Of a stretch of DNA of 42,149 nt, positions 35,778 to 42,149 are shown piece after piece. Source of the stretch: Candidatus Woesearchaeota archaeon (lineage in GTDB: Archaea > Nanobdellota > Nanobdellia > Woesearchaeales > WJKR01); NCBI GenBank assembly GCA_014729015.1, contig WJKR01000009.1, forward strand, positions 1-42,149, given 5' to 3'. A model generated the notes under the pieces. It searched no databases, had not been told where the DNA came from, and saw only the letters and a list, made by a program, of their open reading frames with translations. Position 1 is the stretch's first letter. Each line of letters starts with the position of its first letter. The position numbers and the translations under genes are program-made.

Positions 35778-38700
35778 GTGAGGAAAGCAGCGGCGTTACG
35801 ACCACTCATCATTTGCTGTTGTATATTCCTCTTGCTCCTCTCCTTTGCCGCAGGTGACCCCTCACTATCATCCGCGGACTTCGTCTGGGCCAGTCCGAGC
35901 GGCGGCTTCGAGAACATCGTGTACCTCAACCCCGACGTGCCCTCATCGGCCATGATACTCTTCACCTTCGCGGACGAGGACAACATCAGCACGATCCTCG
36001 TCGACTACGCGATGGCGAATCCCACCGCTGATCCGAGCACGATGCGAGAAGAAATCCAGACCGATGATCAATGCCTCACGGGCAGCAGCGGATTGACGTG
36101 CAAGACCCACGTGTTCGTCATCAACACCGACCAATCATCAGTGCCAATCAACTTCACCGTCACCCTAGACAACGGGACGACGCTGCCCTACAGGAAGGAC
36201 TACACGTTCATCGTCGACGGCACGTCGCCGGAAGTCACCTTCCTCGGCACGGACGCCTGTGCGGGCGGCGTCTGCTACATCGGCACGCACGACACGAAGG
36301 TGCGGGCGGACATGCAGGACGACAAGGCGAGCTTCCACAAGATGCACATCGCATTCGCCGTCGGCAACGACCACGAGCCGGCCTTCTCCTGCGACGGCCT
36401 GTCCTGCTGGGCGTTTGTCAGAACCGATTGTCAGGACGGCGACCAGGTACGAGCGGCAATCGATCCTTTTGACACGGGCCCGAGCAGGGACGACGCGGGG
36501 AACGCGTTGACCGGGCTGCTGACCGCTGACCTGACCTGTGACGCTCTTGAGCCGACGCTTGTCGGCACACCGGTCATCACGGTCGCTCGTGACATGCCGA
36601 CCGAGAACCCGGAGGCTCCGAGCGCGCTCCCTTTCGTTTCCATCGGCGACATCGTGACCGTGACGTTCGTTGTCCGTGAGGAGACGAGCCCGTCCGTGTC
36701 GGCCACGATCGACCTCTCCTCGCTCGGCGGCGAAGAGGTGGCTGCTGCTTGCCAGCAGGACGCTACGGATACGGCGTTGTGGGAGTGCACGGCGTCGTTC
36801 ACCGTGAACTTGCAAGAGCCGGTGCGTGACGTGTCCTTGCCGATCATCGTCGCTGACGTCGTGAACAACACGGACATCTTCGAGGACGCCGTCGCGTTCG
36901 GCGTTGTCGGCGTGATAGGGGAGGCGCCGGATGATTGGCGTTCCATCACCGATTCGAGGACGATGGCCGCGAACAAGGGCTACTTGCACTACACCCCGAA
37001 GGATTTCTTCCTGCCGTTGACCTTGTCGCCGAAGACGCCCGGGGCGACGCTCTTGGATGTCAAGGCCGTGCAGTCGCCGTGCAAGCCGGTCGAGGATGAT
37101 GATGGCTTCTTGTTGGGGTCGGCCAGCGATATGCGCGTGGAAGTGGTCTCTTTCAGTCGTCGGGGCGTGTTGCTCAGGGGCATGCTCAACACCGGCAGCC
37201 ATTACGATAATGAGAACTTGACCGAGTTGCAGTACGTCTGCCAGCTGGACATCCAGACGTTGCGCGGCGAGTACGTGCCGTTGCAACGGGAGCAGGAGAA
37301 CTTCACTGTGACGATCGAATTGCACGATTCCAACACCATGGGCGAGCAGGTGCAACGGGAGATCGAGGATGTACTGGCTGCGTCGGAGGCGAAGATGGAG
37401 TCGATACGGACGTTGCAGAACATATTCAACGTACTTAAATCGACATGCACTATTTTCAGCTTGCCGAAGAGCATCGGCGGCGCATTATCTGCTGCGAGCG
37501 CGCCTTTGAAGATGGTGACGGTGACGAGGCCTGCGGGGTTAGCGATGGATACCGCGAGCGCTACCATACAAGGGACGGTTGAGGGTTTGGAGATCGTTCA
37601 GCAGGTGTGTAATTTCTTGTCGTGCGACGGCTCGCTGTACTCCAAGGCGTTGGGCAACACCGGTGTCGCTGACGTGTTGGACACCGTTGCGAAGGCGGCT
37701 GGCCAGCCGAACTTCCAAGCGACCATGAACCCTTATGACAGCTGGGTCAATGCCGCGTTGATGGGGTGCATGCCTGCCATTACGTACCATGTGGAGCGCT
37801 ACCAGGCGATTGAGTGCAACTACATCGCTTGTCTTTCCAAGGGTGTGATTGAGGGTACGGAGACGATCAAGAGCTGCCAGGACGCGCGTGGGTTTGCGAA
37901 GTGCACGTTCGTCATGGGCGGCGTCCTGAACGGCATCCCCTTCGCTAGCCTGCTCAAGGACGTCATGAACCAGCTAGTCGAGGTCGCCTCCGACCCGGTA
38001 AGCCTGTTCTCCGTCGCCGGGCTGTCCATCCCGTGCCTCGCGGAGGACGCGGTTGACGCTACCGGAGTGGTGGGTGCGTTGTGCCGCGCGTCTGCCGGCG
38101 TGTCCGGGTTCATCGAGGCGGTGAACACCATCAACCAGATTGGCAACCAGGTCTCCCGGGCGTTCACGTTCAGCAGCGGCTTGGACGCGTGCAGCACGGT
38201 GCGGCAGAACATCGACTCGACGACGAAGTACTGGAATTATTACAACGATCCGACCGGTCGTGCAGGACCTGACATGTTCCGGCAGTATGACCCTTTTGAC
38301 GAGGATCAGAACCAGGTGGGCGCGTCGCAGTGCTCGCCGTACACTGGCTGCACGACCACCATACAGGACGAGGACGGTCGTCAGCACACCATGACCATGC
38401 TTCCTGACGGGAATGATGGCTTCAGCGTGTACGTGGATGCTCGTGGCGTCTCGCCCTACGCGGCGAAGGGGTCCAAGTATGATCCTCTTGGGAGCGACCC
38501 CGAGAGCTATGCGGGGATACGCGGGAAAATTGTTCCTATAAGTGATGATGGAAAAACTGATAATGGTATAGTATTCCGAACAGTTGATAATCAGAATTAT
38601 TATTTTAATACTGAAGGGTTAGGGCAGTACTTCATGGATGAGAATGACAACTTGATTTTTGATCCGGAGAGTATGGGCTACGCCATAAAGCAAGGCGTGG

Positions 38701-40049
38701 ACTCGGCGAAGCAATATGATGACGACATGCAGCGACACCTCGACGATCCGAAGTATGCTGGTTTCCTCCGCTCCTACGAGCAGTACATGGAGGGCCTGCG
38801 GCATTACGCCGACGCCATTTCCGAGGCCGTTGTCAAGGAGCAAGAGGCGGACGCCGCGTACCAAAGCCTGCAAGCATATGATCGGAACGTGCGGAGGCGC
38901 GACCGGCAGAACACAAAGCTGGCAAAGTTCAAAGAGGACTTGCTCGAGCAGTACGATGATGCTGATACGGATGAAGCGACGAAAGCGGCCATCGAAAAGA
39001 TGATTAATCCTAGTAATGGAAAGCTTCGTGAGGATGGCATTAGGCACCCAGACTTCGAGAGCATGGGCTTACAGGCGATCAAGGATCTCAGCAAGGAGTT
39101 CAGGAAGGGGGCTGGCTTGCTCGATAGGAGGGATGCGTATCAGGCGAGCATTGATCAAGCAGATGAGTATATAGAAGAGTATATAGTAAAAAGCGTTGAG
39201 GAGGATCAGGGAAGCCGCATCTTTGGTCGCGAAACGGAGGACGGCCAGCTTGTTGCGGTCTTTATCGAGAGTGATGGAGAGGTGGAACGCGTCGAAGTCA
39301 GTTATGATACTTATAAAGGACCTGCTAAGGCTGCTGCCCGTGAGGAGCGCAAGAAACAGCAAATAATAAAGAAGGAGAACAAGAAGCGGATGAACAAGGC
39401 GCAGGCGGCGCTGGAGACGCAGAAGCACGTCCTGGACAACTGGCGCGGCGCGGCGAACATCGCCGCTTCATACCATCGGTTGACGAGGAACGTGAACACG
39501 TTCACGAACTTCTTGGAAGAGGACCTCGGCGTGTGCATGTTCTGCCACTTCAACTACTTGCCAGAAGAGATGATAGACCGCTTCCAGGACTTCCTGGACG
39601 GCGGGTTGACCGAGAGGATCTGCAAGCCGAAGCTGGGCAAGGGCTCAGGCGCGTTGATGGTGAACAGGATTGCTTCAGGCTACGTCAGCGCCGCGCACCT
39701 CGAAGGCATTGGTATCAGCCACTCGCTCGACGACAACAACTTCACGTACCGGTTGCACGTGTACGTTGCGCACGCGGCAGCGACGGAGGAGAACTTGTCG
39801 TTCAGCATTGTGCTCAAGGACACCGACACAGGAACGCACGAGCGTGTCGAGCTTGACGGCGAGGACGTGTTCGTCGTCGAGCAAGGAGAAGAGTTCAAGC
39901 GCACCAAGGGACGATTCGTGAGCTATAACACCGATGAGTTCTATGACCGGGTGTGCCTGCGCTTCCATAACGAGAATCTGCAGCGATGGTTCGACGTCGT
40001 GCGCAAGAAGAACCGCAACGAGTTCTGCAGGGAGTTGGAAGAAGGATGA
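35778..40049 (+). CDS. Very large exported Cys-rich protein (1423 aa)
   Basis: Signal peptide, Ig-like beta-rich N-terminal half, Cys/Gly-rich hydrophobic middle, charged helical region; GAGGTG RBS. Confidence 0.85.
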   Translation: MRKAAALRPLIICCCIFLLLLSFAAGDPSLSSADFVWASPSGGFENIVYLNPDVPSSAMILFTFADEDNISTILVDYAMANPTADPSTMREEIQTDDQCLTGSSGLTCKTHVFVINTDQSSVPINFTVTLDNGTTLPYRKDYTFIVDGTSPEVTFLGTDACAGGVCYIGTHDTKVRADMQDDKASFHKMHIAFAVGNDHEPAFSCDGLSCWAFVRTDCQDGDQVRAAIDPFDTGPSRDDAGNALTGLLTADLTCDALEPTLVGTPVITVARDMPTENPEAPSALPFVSIGDIVTVTFVVREETSPSVSATIDLSSLGGEEVAAACQQDATDTALWECTASFTVNLQEPVRDVSLPIIVADVVNNTDIFEDAVAFGVVGVIGEAPDDWRSITDSRTMAANKGYLHYTPKDFFLPLTLSPKTPGATLLDVKAVQSPCKPVEDDDGFLLGSASDMRVEVVSFSRRGVLLRGMLNTGSHYDNENLTELQYVCQLDIQTLRGEYVPLQREQENFTVTIELHDSNTMGEQVQREIEDVLAASEAKMESIRTLQNIFNVLKSTCTIFSLPKSIGGALSAASAPLKMVTVTRPAGLAMDTASATIQGTVEGLEIVQQVCNFLSCDGSLYSKALGNTGVADVLDTVAKAAGQPNFQATMNPYDSWVNAALMGCMPAITYHVERYQAIECNYIACLSKGVIEGTETIKSCQDARGFAKCTFVMGGVLNGIPFASLLKDVMNQLVEVASDPVSLFSVAGLSIPCLAEDAVDATGVVGALCRASAGVSGFIEAVNTINQIGNQVSRAFTFSSGLDACSTVRQNIDSTTKYWNYYNDPTGRAGPDMFRQYDPFDEDQNQVGASQCSPYTGCTTTIQDEDGRQHTMTMLPDGNDGFSVYVDARGVSPYAAKGSKYDPLGSDPESYAGIRGKIVPISDDGKTDNGIVFRTVDNQNYYFNTEGLGQYFMDENDNLIFDPESMGYAIKQGVDSAKQYDDDMQRHLDDPKYAGFLRSYEQYMEGLRHYADAISEAVVKEQEADAAYQSLQAYDRNVRRRDRQNTKLAKFKEDLLEQYDDADTDEATKAAIEKMINPSNGKLREDGIRHPDFESMGLQAIKDLSKEFRKGAGLLDRRDAYQASIDQADEYIEEYIVKSVEEDQGSRIFGRETEDGQLVAVFIESDGEVERVEVSYDTYKGPAKAAAREERKKQQIIKKENKKRMNKAQAALETQKHVLDNWRGAANIAASYHRLTRNVNTFTNFLEEDLGVCMFCHFNYLPEEMIDRFQDFLDGGLTERICKPKLGKGSGALMVNRIASGYVSAAHLEGIGISHSLDDNNFTYRLHVYVAHAAATEENLSFSIVLKDTDTGTHERVELDGEDVFVVEQGEEFKRTKGRFVSYNTDEFYDRVCLRFHNENLQRWFDVVRKKNRNEFCRELEEG

Positions 40050-42149
40050 ACCAGAAAAAGGCGCAGGTCACATTGTTCGTCATCATCGGGCTCGTCCTCT
40101 TGCTCGTCGTGGCGCTGTTCTTCACCATCAGGGAGACGGGCGTCGAAGACGTCTCCACAGATACAGAGACTGTCCACGACTTCTCAGCGGCCGTTGCTAC
40201 GTACGAAGCCGCGGCTGCGCAGTGCATGGCATCGGAAGGCGAACGTCTCATCAAGCGGATCATGGCGAACGGCGGCTACCTCGACCCGGCTGCCGAAGGG
40301 CTCGTCGCCGTGGAAGCCTTCCCGACAAGGGGATCGGCGTTGTCCCTCGGCGGAGACCTCATCGTCCCGTACTGGGTGGAGCACCGTGGCAGCCTCACCT
40401 GCCGGCAGGACTGCACGTTCTTCATCCGGGTACCGCCGTTGACCTCGCACGAGGACGAGCCCGGGATGAGCGTCGAGGAGCGATTGGGATCGGTGTTACC
40501 TGACGAGATCAAGGCTTGCCTGGACAGCATCGAGGTCGACCCCGACTATGACCTAGTGCGGGCAGGGGAATACGATGTCAGCGTCGCCATCGGGGAAGAG
40601 CGCGTCACGTACGACCTGCAAGAACCGGTGACGTTCACCTATAAACCGACAGGTGCGACGATGACACTGCACTCAGTGCAAGGAGAGAGCGATGTCGAGC
40701 TCAGGAAGCTGTACGACACGGCCACCTCGCTCGTCGAGCATATGGAATTCGACAACGCCACGTCCTCGTTCGGCGATGCCGTCACGCACATCATCCAAGC
40801 GTACAGCATGACCAACGACGCGGAGCTGCCGCCCATGAGCGGCGGCGCAGATTTTGGGACCGACGCTCCCAGGACGTGGCTGTTGCCGGACGTGAAGGAA
40901 GCGCTGCAGCTACGCCTCGCTGACAACCTGCCACTGATACAGGTCCGCGGCTCAGCGACGCAGTTCCTCTTCCTCGACCCGAACCAGTTCTCGCAGGTCA
41001 TGTACAACTCAGGCCCGTTCAGCCCGGACATCTACTTCCAGTACCCCGAGTACGTGCCTCAGGTATCGTTCGGGTTCTTCTACGACCCGGCATGGGACAT
41101 CGAGTTGCAGGTCTCGCCAAGCAACGGCTACTTGATATCGCCCGAAGGGGGGTCGTTCAACCTGATTCCGGGGTTAGGGTTCGGGATGCATGATTACAGC
41201 TTCGTGTATGACGTGCGCTTGCCCTTGCTCATCGTCCTCACCGATGTCGCCGCGTTCGACGGCGACGGCTTATCGCTCATCTTCGCGATAGAGACGGGAC
41301 TCGCGGGCAACGAGCCCATCCTGTACACGCAAGCGCCCGAGCTGACGGTGAACGACACGTACGATTATTTCAGCGACGAGGATTACTTCCTCGACAGCGT
41401 CGCTTTCATCACTGCGCAGGACGCGTTCACCGGCACGCCTCTGGAGAACGTCTCGGTCACCTATATGTGCGGCGAGGACGCCGTCCACGTCGGCACGACT
41501 GACGAGCAGGGAATGGTCGTGGATTTCATGCCGTTCTGCATCGGCGGCCTCCTCACCGGTTCTCGGGAAGGGTACTACGCGGGCAGCGTGCCGGTAAGCG
41601 TCGTGGATGACGAGGACGTCGCGGTCACGTTGAACTTCACGCCGTTGCAGACGTTCGACTTGCAGGTACGATCATTGCTGCTGTCCAGATATGATGCTGA
41701 GAGCGGCCTCTGGAATGTGAGTAGTGATGAACGGTTCATCGCCGTGGATGACCGGTTGATGCTGACACTGTCGAGGAAGGTGTTGCCGGGCGAGAACGAG
41801 CACGTCGAGGTCAAGGTTATCAATTATTCCAACGAAGCAGAACAGACGGTCATGCTGGCTGCGGGGACGTACGATGTCGAGGCGTACTTGTTCACTGACG
41901 TCTCACAAGATCCTTTCATCATCCCTGAGGACGAGGTGTGCGCCGGTGGTATCTTCAACAGGGAGTGCCACACGCTCGAACCGATAGTCTTCAACGACAC
42001 ATTGTTCCGCGGCGGTTATCACTCGCTCGTCGACGAAGGCGGCGGGTTCGAAGTCACCGCTGATGATTACCAGAACGACACGCTCATCGTGAAGTATTTG
42101 GAGATTGACCCGAGTGACGTCCGGAAGCACGAAGACCTTGAGATACTGG
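40046..42149 (+). CDS. Large surface protein with class III (pilin-like) signal peptide, 3' partial
   Basis: ATGA overlap with the previous stop; MNQKKAQVTLFVIIGLVLLLVVALFF; frame appears open to the window end, so absent from the ORF track. Confidence 0.85.
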   Translation, partial: MNQKKAQVTLFVIIGLVLLLVVALFFTIRETGVEDVSTDTETVHDFSAAVATYEAAAAQCMASEGERLIKRIMANGGYLDPAAEGLVAVEAFPTRGSALSLGGDLIVPYWVEHRGSLTCRQDCTFFIRVPPLTSHEDEPGMSVEERLGSVLPDEIKACLDSIEVDPDYDLVRAGEYDVSVAIGEERVTYDLQEPVTFTYKPTGATMTLHSVQGESDVELRKLYDTATSLVEHMEFDNATSSFGDAVTHIIQAYSMTNDAELPPMSGGADFGTDAPRTWLLPDVKEALQLRLADNLPLIQVRGSATQFLFLDPNQFSQVMYNSGPFSPDIYFQYPEYVPQVSFGFFYDPAWDIELQVSPSNGYLISPEGGSFNLIPGLGFGMHDYSFVYDVRLPLLIVLTDVAAFDGDGLSLIFAIETGLAGNEPILYTQAPELTVNDTYDYFSDEDYFLDSVAFITAQDAFTGTPLENVSVTYMCGEDAVHVGTTDEQGMVVDFMPFCIGGLLTGSREGYYAGSVPVSVVDDEDVAVTLNFTPLQTFDLQVRSLLLSRYDAESGLWNVSSDERFIAVDDRLMLTLSRKVLPGENEHVEVKVINYSNEAEQTVMLAAGTYDVEAYLFTDVSQDPFIIPEDEVCAGGIFNRECHTLEPIVFNDTLFRGGYHSLVDEGGGFEVTADDYQNDTLIVKYLEIDPSDVRKHEDLEIL

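Noticed and set aside
36165..37355. 396-aa minus strand ORF
   Set aside because: Antisense shadow of the 1423-aa surface protein
1..42149. CRISPR array, transposase, integrase, prophage or reverse transcriptase
   Set aside because: No regularly spaced repeats and no such protein motifs seen in the window

Overview
A 42 kb chromosomal segment of a GC-rich archaeon, most consistent with Woesearchaeota/DPANN. Evidence: archaeal exosome/proteasome operon, RpoK, TATA-type promoters, DUF5752-like and class III signal peptide proteins, and an intron-containing tRNA. In order it holds: ROK kinase and PGI/PMI; a tRNA methylthiotransferase; the Pop5-psmA-SBDS-rrp4-rrp41-rrp42-rpoK operon; a membrane-tethered HTH regulator divergent from a Cys-repeat secreted protein; RtcA; a dense nucleic-acid-processing block (DEAD-box helicase, N-terminal-half Hel308, Ski2/HelY-like helicase, candidate Whirly-fold protein, RNase D/Rrp6-like nuclease); DPSL; tRNA-Gln(CUG) with a D-loop intron; AlaX; a YprB-like exonuclease; an nrdR-nrdJ-cobO operon with tandem NrdR boxes; a decayed RelE module; PhoU; MetRS; and two very large surface proteins, the second running off the window. 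The most notable candidates are the Whirly-like gene between the Ski2-like helicase and RNase D, the bacterial-type NrdR operator on an archaeal promoter, the half Hel308, and the non-canonical tRNA intron. All assignments come from motif recognition by eye; no searches were run.
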